Shown here one piece after another: positions 31,541-40,809 of a stretch of 64,000 nucleotides of DNA (positions are counted from its first letter, which is position 1; every line of letters starts with the position of its first letter). The stretch comes from Vicinamibacteria bacterium (lineage in GTDB: Bacteria; Acidobacteriota; Vicinamibacteria; Marinacidobacterales; Marinacidobacteraceae). The notes beneath the pieces were generated by a model. It ran no database searches. It saw only the letters and a list, made by a program, of their open reading frames with translations, and was not told where the DNA came from. The position numbers and the translations under genes are program-made. Where the stretch lies: NCBI GenBank assembly GCA_965116805.1, contig OZ220713.1, positions 703,887 to 767,886 of the forward strand, read 5' to 3'.

Positions 31541-33001
31541 TCAGGAAAGCTGGTCCAGGAGTCGCTCCAACAGCTTGTTGAGTCCGAGATCACGCTTGCG
31601 CGCCGCAGCGATGCGACGGATCCCGTAGGTCACCGTCGAGTGATCCCGCCGGAACTCCTTCCCGATCTCCACGAGAGTCCGGCCCGTTGTCTGGCGGCAA
31701 ACGTACATGGCCACATGGCGCGCCAGGACGAGGACGTTGGACCGTTGCTTCCCGACAAGACGTAGCGGTGCGAAGCCGAAAGCTTTCGCCACGGCCACCT
31801 GAACCTCCTGGATGGAGGGTTGCCGGCTTCGCCGGGAGGCGCGCTCCGAGAGAATCCGGTCCAGGAGCGCGGGAGTTATCCGAACCCGGTCGGCATGCGA
31901 TTCCGAGACCAGTTTGTTGACAGTTCCCTCGAGTTTCCGGACGTCGTGCTGGTACCGGGAGGCGATGGTCTCCGCGACCCCATCCGGCAGCTCCAACCCC
32001 AGGGTGGCGGCCTTCTTGCGCACGATGGCCGCCCGCGTCTCCCAGTCAGGACTGCCGATGTCGGTCGCCAGCCCGCTCTCCAGGCGGCTCCGGATCTGGC
32101 CGTCCAGGTTCGGGATGTCCCGCGGGTCGCGGTCGGACGTCAGGACAATCGGCCGGCCCCGGTCCGAGAGCGCGGAGAGAGCGTAGAAGAACTCCTGGGC
32201 AACCCGGGTGAAGTTATCGAGACCGGTGATGAACTGGATGTTGTCCACCAGCAACATGTCGAGCTGGGCGCACTCGTGGCGAAAACCGAAGAGATCGTGC
32301 GACTTGATCGCGCTGACCACTTGCGTGCTGAAGGTGTCCCCCCTGGTCAGGAGGACGGTTCGCCCCGGGTTCTGTTCCACAAACCGCCGGGCGATCGCCT
32401 GGAGGAGGTGGGTCTTGCCGAGCCCGGCCTCTCCGTAGATCAGGAGTGGGTTGTAGGGGGAGTTCTCGACTCCCGGATTGCTCACGTCCAGGGCCGCCGA
32501 GTGGGCGAACCGGTTGCTCGCACCGACAACGAAGGAATCGAAGGAGAAGGAAGCGGAAACGGCGTCGCTCTGCAAGGCCGTCCGGGGTGACTCGCCGTTC
32601 CGGACGTGATGGGCGCCGGTTGGGACATCGTCCACCGCCGAGCCGCCCGCCATCCCCGGAGAGGCGCCGGCGTTCTCGGCCGGGAAAGCGGTTCCCCCGG
32701 GGGTGGCGGAAGGACCCGCGGAGATCGAACACCGAATCGAGGCCATGGGGCTGCCCGTTGCGGCGAACGCGCTCAGGATCCGGTCCCGGTATTCACCCTC
32801 GAGATGACTCGCGAACATGGCGTTGGGCACCCGGATCACGACGACGTCGCCTTCGGCCCCCACGAACCGGGCCGGAGCGAACCAGGTGTCGAATTCGTGG
32901 GGAGAAAGGCTCGTCCGGATGGTGGACAGCACCTCCACCCACTGATCCTCGGCGGTTTCGGGCGCTTCGATGGCTGTTGTCAGGCGCGAATGTGGGTGCA
33001 A
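31541..33001 (-). CDS. dnaA: Chromosomal replication initiator DnaA
   Basis: FDSFVVGASNRFA, YNPLLIYGEAGLGKTHLL, LLVDNIQF, RSRL, DVRKLEG, domain IV RDHSTV. Start codon TTG, uncertain. Confidence 0.96.
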   Translation of the reverse strand: MHPHSRLTTAIEAPETAEDQWVEVLSTIRTSLSPHEFDTWFAPARFVGAEGDVVVIRVPNAMFASHLEGEYRDRILSAFAATGSPMASIRCSISAGPSATPGGTAFPAENAGASPGMAGGSAVDDVPTGAHHVRNGESPRTALQSDAVSASFSFDSFVVGASNRFAHSAALDVSNPGVENSPYNPLLIYGEAGLGKTHLLQAIARRFVEQNPGRTVLLTRGDTFSTQVVSAIKSHDLFGFRHECAQLDMLLVDNIQFITGLDNFTRVAQEFFYALSALSDRGRPIVLTSDRDPRDIPNLDGQIRSRLESGLATDIGSPDWETRAAIVRKKAATLGLELPDGVAETIASRYQHDVRKLEGTVNKLVSESHADRVRITPALLDRILSERASRRSRQPSIQEVQVAVAKAFGFAPLRLVGKQRSNVLVLARHVAMYVCRQTTGRTLVEIGKEFRRDHSTVTYGIRRIAAARKRDLGLNKLLERLLDQLS

Positions 33002-33109
33002 GAAAAGATCGAAAGATTGGGGCTGGAGGCGCAGCAGTAGCTGGGACGAAAAAGGGAAAAGAACCGCCCGCCCGGCTCGCGGCAGCGCGGTTCTCGACGA
33101 CCGGGACGG

Positions 33110-33140
33110 AATGTAGCAACGCCCTTTCGGAGTGCGTCAA
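33110..33140 (-). promoter_or_regulatory. dnaA promoter candidate
   Basis: TTGACG (33140-33135), long 19-nt spacer, extended -10 TGC-TACATT (33118-33110). Confidence 0.45.
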
Positions 33141-33345
33141 CCCGGTTGTGACAATCCCAAGAAATCCCCGAGAAAAAGCCAACGCCAGGTGGATCTCCGC
33201 GGGGTCCGGGGGGCGGGTTTTGGCCTGCGCGGAATGCCGTACCGCCGCTTCGGACGCGCGACATTTCCACTCGCTGGCGCCTCCCGAGGAACGTGTACAG
33301 CGCCATGGGCGACACGCGGCCGCCCCCGGGGAAACCGGAACTGAC

Positions 33346-33375
33346 TTTACGTGAAACGTGCGTTGGCGGTATACT
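33346..33375 (+). promoter_or_regulatory. rpmH promoter candidate
   Basis: TTTACG, 18 nt, TATACT (33370-33375). Confidence 0.5.
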
Positions 33376-33433
33376 GTCGCGCTCGGTGGAGCGGGGCGGA
33401 GGAAGCGGCCACGACCACCGAGTTTTCGTTTAG

Positions 33434-33446
33434 ATTCAATGACTTG
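33434..33446 (+). promoter_or_regulatory. IHF-like site upstream of rpmH
   Basis: ATTCAATGACTTG; the 12-mer core is the exact reverse complement of oriC 31247-31258. Confidence 0.45.
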
Positions 33447-33460
33447 GAGAGGACAATCCC

Positions 33461-33595
33461 GTGAAACGGACGTTTCAGCCCAATAGGCGGCGGAGGAAGC
33501 GGAAGCACGGTTTCCGGGCGCGGATGAGCACTCCCGGCGGCCGCGCGGTCATCGCCCGCCGGCGTCGCCGGGGCCGTCGAAGGCTGTCGGCCTGA
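33461..33595 (+). CDS. rpmH: 50S ribosomal protein L34
   Basis: GTG start after GGAGAGG; [44 protein letters not shown]. Missed by the ORF track. Confidence 0.97.
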   Translation: MKRTFQPNRRRRKRKHGFRARMSTPGGRAVIARRRRRGRRRLSA

Positions 33596-33674
33596 GCCGC
33601 CGGTCGGCCGTTCCGTGCGCGCTGCTGGGGTGTCCGACCTGGCGCCGGCGACGACGGCTGCCGGGGAGGTCGTC

Positions 33675-34106
33675 ATGAGTGGTCGCCCGGCTGCCGCGGA
33701 CGCCCGCCGGAGCGGGGCTTTGTCGCGGGACCAGCGGATCTCCCGGTCCTCCGAGTTCCGTGCGGTGATGGCCTCCGGAGCACGTGGCGTTTCCCCATAC
33801 CTCGTGGCGATCCGGCCGACCGGGGTTGACGGCAGCGCGCCTTCGCGCCTCGGAGTGGTGGCCAGCCGGAAAATCGGAGGAGCCGTCCAGAGGTCCCGGG
33901 CCAAGCGTCTCCTGCGCGAGGTGTACCGGCGTGGGGAACGCCCCGCCGGCGATCTCATCCTGATCGCCCGCCACGGAATCGGCGAGGCCTCCTGGCCGGA
34001 CCTGCAGCATGCCTACCGGACGGCGATCCGGCTGGCGGCCGGAAGCGGACGCCGCCGCCGCCGGGGCGGACGCCGTGGCTCCGAAGGAAGCGGCCGGCCG
34101 GCCTGA
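33675..34106 (+). CDS. rnpA: Ribonuclease P protein component
   Basis: [33 protein letters not shown]; SD GGGAGG upstream of ATG 33675. Confidence 0.93.
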   Translation: MSGRPAAADARRSGALSRDQRISRSSEFRAVMASGARGVSPYLVAIRPTGVDGSAPSRLGVVASRKIGGAVQRSRAKRLLREVYRRGERPAGDLILIARHGIGEASWPDLQHAYRTAIRLAAGSGRRRRRGGRRGSEGSGRPA

Positions 34107-34107
34107 A

Positions 34108-34446
34108 ATGGCAACCGTCGCCCGCGCAACCACGGCGCTCACCGAGCCGATTCCGGCGCCCGGCCTCGTGCGTCGCGGTCTCGCCGGGTTCTTCGTGGGC
34201 CTCATCTGGCTGTATCGCGTGGCGCTCAGCCCGCTGTTTGCGGGGGTCTGCCGCTTCCAGCCGTCGTGTTCGCACTATGCCGAGGAAGCCATCCGGCTTC
34301 ATGGCCCGGGACGCGGGATTGTGCTCGCCGCCCGGCGCCTGCTGCGCTGCCACCCGTTCGGCGGGTCCGGATATGACGCGGTGCCGGCGCCGCCCGGCCC
34401 AACCGGCGGTCTCGCCGCCGACCGCACCTCGCCCAGGGGCCGCTAG
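34108..34446 (+). CDS. yidD: Membrane protein insertion efficiency factor YidD
   Basis: [24 protein letters not shown]...[14 protein letters not shown]. Confidence 0.95.
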   Translation: MATVARATTALTEPIPAPGLVRRGLAGFFVGLIWLYRVALSPLFAGVCRFQPSCSHYAEEAIRLHGPGRGIVLAARRLLRCHPFGGSGYDAVPAPPGPTGGLAADRTSPRGR

Positions 34447-34448
34447 TC

Positions 34449-36203
34449 ATGGAACGCCGCGTTCTCCTCGCGTTTCTGCTGTCGTTCTTCGTCTTTCTCC
34501 TCTTCGTCCGCTTCTTCGGACCGGAGAGCGCGCCGCCGGCGCCGCCGGCGGAGGAAACGCCGGCCGCCGCGAGCCGGGCGGCATCCCCGGTCCCGGATGT
34601 CCCCGTCGCGGCGGCCGAAGCCGCCCCTCCCGAGGCCCCCACGGAGGTACGGGAGGCCGAGCGCGAGCAGACGATTGCGGTGGAGACGAGCCGCTATGTG
34701 GCCGAGTTTTCCAATCGCGGCGGCCGGCTGCTCCGGCTGCGGCTCCTCGAGCACACCGATTCGCTGGGCGCTCCGCTCGAGGCGCTGCCGCAGGGCGACG
34801 ATCTCGTCAACGCGGTGCGGCCGCTCGACGTGGTGCTCCCCGGCGACCCGGCGCCCGCCCGCCTCACGACCGCGCTGCACGAGGTCGCGGTGGATGGGCA
34901 GGTTCGCACGGGCCCCGTCCGGCTGGAGCTGAGGGACGGAGAAACCCGCGAGATCGAGTTCCGCTGGGCGTCCGCGGATGGCCTGGAGGTCTCCAAGACC
35001 GTGCGGGTACAGGGGGGCGACTACCGGATGGGGGTGTCGGTCTCGGCGATCCGGGGAGGTGCGGAGCAACTGAAGGAGATCCTGTTCGGTCCCGGGATCG
35101 AGAACGAAAGCTCCGTCGGGAGATATCAGGGCGCCGAGCAGGGGGTCATCGAGTCCGCTGGCGAGAGCCGGCTCTTTTCCTTTGCCGAGGCGGCCGGCGG
35201 AGAGGCGGCGAGCCTTTCAGCCCAGGCGGTCGGCGTCGCGTCGCACTACTTCGCGGGGCTGCTGGTGGCTGATCCCGGCCAGCGCTACGAGGCGAGGCTG
35301 GAGGCGCTGGCCATTCCGTGGGAGAGCTTCGAGATCCCCGCGGAGGACCCGACCGGCTCCCGGAATCTCCTGGTCGCGCACCTGACATCCGCGGGCGCCA
35401 GCGAGTTCACGCTGTTCACCGGTCCGAAGCAGGTGGAGCTGCTCACCGAACTCGGGGTGGACATCGTGGAATTCGGCGCCTGGCTGCGGTTCCTGGTGGT
35501 TCCGATTCGGCAGGGCCTGCTCTGGGCCTTCGACCTGCTCGGGAACTACGGATGGGCCATCGTGCTGGTGACCATCCTGATCAGCCTCCTGCTCGCACCG
35601 CTGAAGCACTACAGCTACGTCTCCATCCGGCGGATGCAGAAGATCAGCCCGCAGGTGAAACGGATCCAGGAGAAGTACAAGGGGATGAAACCGACGGATC
35701 CGAAACGCGGCGAAATGAACCAGGAGATGGTGGCCCTGTACCGGGAGCACAACGTCTCGCCCATCGGCGGCTGTCTGCCCATGCTGCTGATGATTCCCTT
35801 CTTTTTCGCCTTCTACCGCCTGTTGGTGGTTTCCGTCGAGTTGCGGCACGCCCCGTTCGTGTTCTGGGTGCAGGACCTGTCCCGGGAGGATCCGTACTTC
35901 ATCCTGCCGTTGCTGATGGGGGCGAGTCAGCTCATCATGCAGAAGATGACCGCGACGCAGGTCGAGGGCATCCAGGCCAAGATCATGATGTTCATGCCCG
36001 TGGTCTTCGTCCTGATCATGGCCTGGGCGCCCTCCGGCCTGGTGCTCTACTGGTTCGCGAACAACGTGATCTCCATGGGGCAGCAGGCGGTGACCAGCCG
36101 GATCATGGACCGCCGGGAGGCCGACGCCAGCGTGGTGGAGGCGTCCGGCAAGGGCAAGCGGCACAAGGGCGGCTCGAGACGAAAACTGACGGCCGGGAGG
36201 TGA
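34449..36203 (+). CDS. yidC: Membrane protein insertase YidC
   Basis: N-terminal TM, AEFSNRGG, GNYGWAIVLVT, GGCLPMLL, WVQDLS..DPYFILP, PSGLVLYW. Confidence 0.96.
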   Translation: MERRVLLAFLLSFFVFLLFVRFFGPESAPPAPPAEETPAAASRAASPVPDVPVAAAEAAPPEAPTEVREAEREQTIAVETSRYVAEFSNRGGRLLRLRLLEHTDSLGAPLEALPQGDDLVNAVRPLDVVLPGDPAPARLTTALHEVAVDGQVRTGPVRLELRDGETREIEFRWASADGLEVSKTVRVQGGDYRMGVSVSAIRGGAEQLKEILFGPGIENESSVGRYQGAEQGVIESAGESRLFSFAEAAGGEAASLSAQAVGVASHYFAGLLVADPGQRYEARLEALAIPWESFEIPAEDPTGSRNLLVAHLTSAGASEFTLFTGPKQVELLTELGVDIVEFGAWLRFLVVPIRQGLLWAFDLLGNYGWAIVLVTILISLLLAPLKHYSYVSIRRMQKISPQVKRIQEKYKGMKPTDPKRGEMNQEMVALYREHNVSPIGGCLPMLLMIPFFFAFYRLLVVSVELRHAPFVFWVQDLSREDPYFILPLLMGASQLIMQKMTATQVEGIQAKIMMFMPVVFVLIMAWAPSGLVLYWFANNVISMGQQAVTSRIMDRREADASVVEASGKGKRHKGGSRRKLTAGR

Positions 36204-36850
36204 GCGACAGCGGGGCCACCGCGCCGGTTGGCCCGCTGACCGAAGCGCTGGCCGGCGTCGAGCCGCCGATTCCCCCGGAAGCGCACGAGAAGCTGGCGCG
36301 CCTCTTCGAGATGCTCGGCGCCTGGAAGGGAGCGGGCATCACGGGTTTTGGCTCACCGGAAGACCTTGCGCGGTACTACTTTCGCGAGGCGCTGGTCCTG
36401 GGCCGCCTGCTGCCGGAGCGCGGCCCTTTCCTGGACATCGGGAGCGGAGGCGGAACTCCGGCGCTGCCGCTCGCGATCGCCGGAGGCGGGAACTGGCTCC
36501 TGCTGGAGCCGCGGCAGGTTTCCGCCGCCTTTCTCGAGATGGCCGCCGACAAGCTTGGGCTGAGCACCCGGGTTCGCGTCGTCAGGCAGAGACTCAAGGA
36601 GTTCTTGAGATCCGAGACAGGACGGACGGAGCTCGCGCGCGTTTCGGCGGTGACGATGCGCGCCGTCAAACTGCAGGCGGGCGAATGGAGCCTGCTCGCG
36701 GCCGGAATGTCCGCCGGAGCGCCGGTGATCTGGCCGACGTCCCGTCCCGCCCGGGAGCGCGCGGGGCTCGAGAGTGGCCTCTTTGACGAGGAATTCGTTC
36801 CCGCGGACCGGGGGATCGTCTGGGTCGGACGGCCCCGGAAGGCGTCGTGA
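36200..36850 (+). CDS. rsmG: 16S rRNA (guanine527-N7)-methyltransferase
   Basis: LDIGSGGGTPALPLAI SAM motif, LLEPR..AFL, VTMRA; GTG overlaps the yidC stop; position before parA. Confidence 0.85.
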   Translation: MSDSGATAPVGPLTEALAGVEPPIPPEAHEKLARLFEMLGAWKGAGITGFGSPEDLARYYFREALVLGRLLPERGPFLDIGSGGGTPALPLAIAGGGNWLLLEPRQVSAAFLEMAADKLGLSTRVRVVRQRLKEFLRSETGRTELARVSAVTMRAVKLQAGEWSLLAAGMSAGAPVIWPTSRPARERAGLESGLFDEEFVPADRGIVWVGRPRKAS

Positions 36851-36862
36851 CGGACGCCCGGC

Positions 36863-36878
36863 TGTTTCACGTGAAACA
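36863..36878. promoter_or_regulatory. parS centromere site
   Basis: Perfect palindrome TGTTTCACGTGAAACA just upstream of parA. Confidence 0.95.
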
Positions 36879-36923
36879 CACCGGGAAGCTGTTGGTCCCC
36901 GTGGTAGTCTCGGGACCCTCCAG

Positions 36924-37700
36924 ATGAGGATTCTGGCGGTCGTCAATCAGAAAGGGGGGGTTGGCAAGACCACCACCACGGTGAACCTGGGCGCGGCGCT
37001 CGCGATGAGCGGGCATCGATGCCTGGTCGTGGACCTGGATCCTCAGAGCAATCTCACCACCAGCCTCGGGCTTCAGATCGCCGAGGACGGATACAGCGTT
37101 TATGACGTGCTCGTGGACCGGGAACCGCTCGGTCGTGCCGTTCTGGACACGGAATTCCCGAATCTGATCGCGTGTCCTTCCGATCCGTCGCTGGCCGCCG
37201 CGGACCTGCAGATCGCGACCGACGATCCGGACCCCGAACGCCGGGCACTTCGGCTCCGCGGGAGTCTCTCGGACTACGCCCGGGACGATCCGGGCGTCGA
37301 GTTCGTCCTGCTGGACTGTCCTCCGTCGCTGGGACTGCTCACCGTCAACGCGCTGGTGGCCGCGGACGCCGTTGTCGTCCCCATGCAATGCGAGTTCTTT
37401 GCGATGCAGGGGCTTTCCCGGCTGCTCGACACCGTCACCCGCATCGGCCGCTCGTGGAACCCGGGGCTCGATCTGCTGGGAGTCCTCTTCACCATGGTTG
37501 ACCGGCGCACGAACCTCGCGCGGGACGTGATCGCCGAAGTTCGGGGCAAACTGGGGGACCGGGTGTTCGACTCCATCGTTCCGCGATCGGTCCGGGCTGC
37601 CGAGGCGCCCTCCTACGGGGTCCCCCTGCAGATCTACGACCCGCGGTCCAGAGTGGCGGCCGCCTACGCGGACCTGGCGCAGGAGGTCCTTTCCCGGTGA
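36924..37700 (+). CDS. parA: Chromosome partitioning ATPase ParA/Soj
   Basis: NQKGGVGKTTT, DLDPQSN, DCPPSLGLLTVNAL, PMQCEFFA, IVPRSVRAAEAPSYG. Confidence 0.97.
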   Translation: MRILAVVNQKGGVGKTTTTVNLGAALAMSGHRCLVVDLDPQSNLTTSLGLQIAEDGYSVYDVLVDREPLGRAVLDTEFPNLIACPSDPSLAAADLQIATDDPDPERRALRLRGSLSDYARDDPGVEFVLLDCPPSLGLLTVNALVAADAVVVPMQCEFFAMQGLSRLLDTVTRIGRSWNPGLDLLGVLFTMVDRRTNLARDVIAEVRGKLGDRVFDSIVPRSVRAAEAPSYGVPLQIYDPRSRVAAAYADLAQEVLSR

Positions 37701-38557
37701 AGCGACGTGGTCTGGGGCGCGGCCTCGATGCCCTGCTTCCATCGGCCGTGTCGACTGAGGGGCCCCGTTCGGTGCCGGTCGGGGAGCTGGCGCCGAACCC
37801 CGCGCAGCCGCGTTCGCAGATCGCCGCCGAGGACCTGGAAGGGCTGGCGGCCTCCATCGCCGCCCGCGGCGTCATCGAACCGATCGTCGTTCGGCCGCAC
37901 GCCGGGAGATTCCAGATCATCGCCGGCGAGCGCCGCTGGCGCGCCGCCCAACTCGCGGGTCTGGAGCGCGTCCCGGTCGTGGTTCGGGAGGCCTCCGACG
38001 AGGACGTCGGGCTGCTGGCGCTCGTCGAGAACCTGCAACGGGAGGACCTCAACCCGATCGAGGAGGCGCTCGCCTTCCGCCGGCTCGCCGATGCGGCAGG
38101 AATGACCCACGGCGCGATCGCCTCGGAGGTCGGGCGCAGCCGCACCGGGGTGACCAACACGCTGCGGCTGCTGGAGTTGACGCCCCAGGTAAGGCGCCTG
38201 GTGGAAACGGGAAAGCTGCGCGCGGCGGCGGGCCGGGCCCTCGTTCCCCTCGACGCCGCGGCGCAGGCCCGGCTCGCCGAGGAGATCATCCGGGGCGATC
38301 TGTCGGTTCGGGAGGTGGAGCGCCGGGTCAAGCGGGCCCGGGGGGATCACGAGTCCGGACAGCCAGGGACGTCCCGGCCGTCCGGCCTCGACCCGAATAC
38401 GCGCGATGCGCAGGAGCGGATGCAGCGGGCGGTCGGGTTTCCGGTCCAGATCCGGCGGCGTGGCAAGGGTGGGGCGGTCCAGATACAATTTTTCTCCGAG
38501 GATGACCTGCACCGCATCTTCGTCGTGTTGACCAGTGAACGGGAAGTGAGCGAATAG
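37697..38557 (+). CDS. parB: Chromosome partitioning protein ParB/Spo0J
   Basis: RGLGRGLDALL, PNPAQPR, IIAGERRWRAA, LVENLQREDLNPIEEA, HTH GRSRTGVTNTLRLL. Confidence 0.97.
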   Translation: MKRRGLGRGLDALLPSAVSTEGPRSVPVGELAPNPAQPRSQIAAEDLEGLAASIAARGVIEPIVVRPHAGRFQIIAGERRWRAAQLAGLERVPVVVREASDEDVGLLALVENLQREDLNPIEEALAFRRLADAAGMTHGAIASEVGRSRTGVTNTLRLLELTPQVRRLVETGKLRAAAGRALVPLDAAAQARLAEEIIRGDLSVREVERRVKRARGDHESGQPGTSRPSGLDPNTRDAQERMQRAVGFPVQIRRRGKGGAVQIQFFSEDDLHRIFVVLTSEREVSE

Positions 38558-38561
38558 AACG

Positions 38562-38990
38562 ATGGCGCGAGATCCATCGCGGGACGCCCATAGCGGATAT
38601 GTCGGATCCGGGTCGCGTCTCTCAGGCCGACTGAACGCCCCGGGCCCGTTCAACGTGAACGGGGAGTTCGTGGGAGAGATCCACTCCGAGGACGAGGTCT
38701 CGGTGGGCGGCTCCGGGAACTTCGACGGCCGGATCTACGCCCAGCGGGTCGTCGTGGAAGGCGGAGGCCGGGTGAGCGGCGAGATCGCGGCTCAGGACGT
38801 CATCGTGCATTCCGGAGGGTCCATCGCGGGGGTGGCGGTCCAGGCCGCCAACCTGACCCTGGAGGCCAAGAGCGACGCCGACGGCGCTCACTTTCGGGTC
38901 CACCGCGACTACCAGCGCTCGCCGTCCCAGGCGTCGGCCAACCCGGCTCCGCCACCGCCGGCGAGCGAACCCGATAGCGCCAGCCCCTGA
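38562..38990 (+). CDS. Bactofilin (polymer-forming cytoskeletal protein)
   Basis: GSRLSGRL...VNGEFVGEIHS..EVSVG.SGNFDGRIYA..VVVEG..VSGEI beta-helix repeats. Confidence 0.85.
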   Translation: MARDPSRDAHSGYVGSGSRLSGRLNAPGPFNVNGEFVGEIHSEDEVSVGGSGNFDGRIYAQRVVVEGGGRVSGEIAAQDVIVHSGGSIAGVAVQAANLTLEAKSDADGAHFRVHRDYQRSPSQASANPAPPPPASEPDSASP

Positions 38991-39014
38991 CGGGTTGTCC
39001 GGCCGCCGGATTCC

Positions 39015-39043
39015 TTGGCAACCCCGGTGCCGGGTGATAGCCT
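39015..39043 (+). promoter_or_regulatory. Sigma70-type promoter candidate for the atp operon
   Basis: TTGGCA, 17 nt, TAGCCT with a TG extension. Confidence 0.55.
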
Positions 39044-39171
39044 TCCCGCCGTCCGTGGCGGGTTAGTTCGCTAAACCGCACGCATCCGGCCGCCCTCGGT
39101 TTCCCGACCGGTGTCTTCCCGTTCCTGGTGGGGCGGCGCGCTTCCCTTGTCCTCTGTAGGCCGCAGGTTTC

Positions 39172-39600
39172 GTGACCATCATTCCTGACATCACCGCGCT
39201 GATCGTGTCGGTGATCGTGGTGTGCCTGACGCTGGTCCTGAAACGGCAGTTCTTCGAGCCGCTGGCGCGTGCGATGGAGGCCCGGGAGCAGGAGGCCGGC
39301 GGCGCCCGTCAGTCCCGGGAAGCGGCGGAGGCCGACGCCGTGGCCGCGGAAACCCGGGTTGCGAACGCCGTCGCGGCCGTACGCGACGAGGGCTATCGGG
39401 AGATGGACCGGATTCGGCGCGAGGCGGGCGAACGCGCCGAGGCAACGCTGGCCGCGGCTCGCGAACAGGCTGCCGCCACCCTGGAGACCGGCAAGGACTC
39501 GCTTCGCGAGCAAAGCGCCCGCGCCGCCTCCGAACTCGAACAGGTGGCGGAGAGTCTGGCCAGCGATCTCACCGCCAGAGTCCTGCGCCGCGCCTCATGA
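39172..39600 (+). CDS. atpF2: ATP synthase F0 subunit b'
   Basis: N-terminal TM, LKRQFFEPL, Ala/Glu/Arg coiled coil; first gene of the atp cluster. Confidence 0.9.
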   Translation: MTIIPDITALIVSVIVVCLTLVLKRQFFEPLARAMEAREQEAGGARQSREAAEADAVAAETRVANAVAAVRDEGYREMDRIRREAGERAEATLAAAREQAAATLETGKDSLREQSARAASELEQVAESLASDLTARVLRRAS

Positions 39601-40202
39601 AGCTGGCACGCCGGGACGACTTCCCGAGCGCCCGCGCCATGCCGATCCGCCTCTCGCGGCGGGTGATCCTGGCCGCCGCGGTCGCCGTCATGGTGCTCGC
39701 CGTCGGTGCGCCGGCATTCGCTGCCGAAGAGGGAGCCTCGAATCTGCCCAAGATCGTCAACTTCACGATCCTGGCGACGATTCTGGTCATCGTTCTTCGC
39801 AAGCCGATCGCCGGTTACCTTGAAGCGCGCGCGCTCCAGATTCGGGAGCAGCTTGCCGCGGCGCGGGCCGACCGCGAGGCGGCTGCCCGGACGGCCGAAA
39901 GAGCGGCGGCGCGGTCTCGCGAACTGGACGACGAGGTGGAAGCGGCGCGTCAGCGGATCACCGAGGCCGCGACCGCCGAGGGCCGCCGCATCGTGGCGGC
40001 GGCCGAGGAACAGGCCCGGAAAATCGGCGCCACGGCCCAGGCCGAGCTGAACCAGGAGGTACGGGTCGCGGAGCGCCGCCTCGCCACCGGAGCGGCGCGG
40101 GCGGCCGTCAAGATCGCGCGGACGCGGCTCCGCGACACCATGTCCGAGGAAGACCATCGGCGTCTCATTGATGCCGGGATGACGGCGATCCGCCGCGACT
40201 GA
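39597..40202 (+). CDS. atpF: ATP synthase F0 subunit b
   Basis: N-terminal extension, IVNFTILATILVIVLRKPI, coiled coil; ATGA overlap with b'. Confidence 0.9.
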   Translation: MKLARRDDFPSARAMPIRLSRRVILAAAVAVMVLAVGAPAFAAEEGASNLPKIVNFTILATILVIVLRKPIAGYLEARALQIREQLAAARADREAAARTAERAAARSRELDDEVEAARQRITEAATAEGRRIVAAAEEQARKIGATAQAELNQEVRVAERRLATGAARAAVKIARTRLRDTMSEEDHRRLIDAGMTAIRRD

Positions 40203-40220
40203 CGGGAACGCGCACCGGCG

Positions 40221-40766
40221 ATGTCCAGCGAAGTAGCCCACCACTACGCGCGCGTGCTCCTGGACACGGTGGTCGCCGCCGGGGGCGACGAGAACCTGGA
40301 GCCGCTCGCGGGCGGTCTCGAGGAGTTCGCGGCATCGCTCGAGCGCTCCCCGGAACTCCTCAAGACGCTGATCTCGCCGGCGATCGCGCGGGAACGGCGC
40401 GCCGCGGTCGCGAAGGCCGTCGCCGACCGGATCCTGCCGGACTCCGAGCTGGGCAGGTTCGTGTCGGTCATGGTGGCCCGGGAGCGGTCCGGGCACCTGG
40501 CGGAGACCGCGGCGGCGTTTCGGGCGGCGCTGGATGAGCATCGGGGGATCGTCGAGGCGGAGGTGGTGTCCGCGCGCCAACTCGACGAGCGCGACCGGGC
40601 GAGCCTCCGGGCGGCGCTGGCATCGGCCTTTTCCGGCACGCCGAGGCTGCGCTTCCGCGAGGACCCGGAGCTGCTCGGCGGATTCGTCATCCGGATCGGC
40701 AATCGCATCTACGACGCCAGCGTCAGTCGCCAGCTTGCCCGGTTCGAGGAGCGCTACGGCGCCTGA
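40221..40766 (+). CDS. atpH: ATP synthase F1 subunit delta
   Basis: VAHHYARVL, VVSARQL, DPELLGGFVIRIGNRIYDASV. Confidence 0.95.
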   Translation: MSSEVAHHYARVLLDTVVAAGGDENLEPLAGGLEEFAASLERSPELLKTLISPAIARERRAAVAKAVADRILPDSELGRFVSVMVARERSGHLAETAAAFRAALDEHRGIVEAEVVSARQLDERDRASLRAALASAFSGTPRLRFREDPELLGGFVIRIGNRIYDASVSRQLARFEERYGA

Positions 40767-40809
40767 TTCAGCATAACACACCTGGAATCAATATCTTATA
40801 GGAAGACCC

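Noticed and set aside
33343-33358. Half parS-like GACTTTACGTGAAACG upstream of rpmH
   Set aside because: Only 11/16, and it coincides with the likely -35 element.
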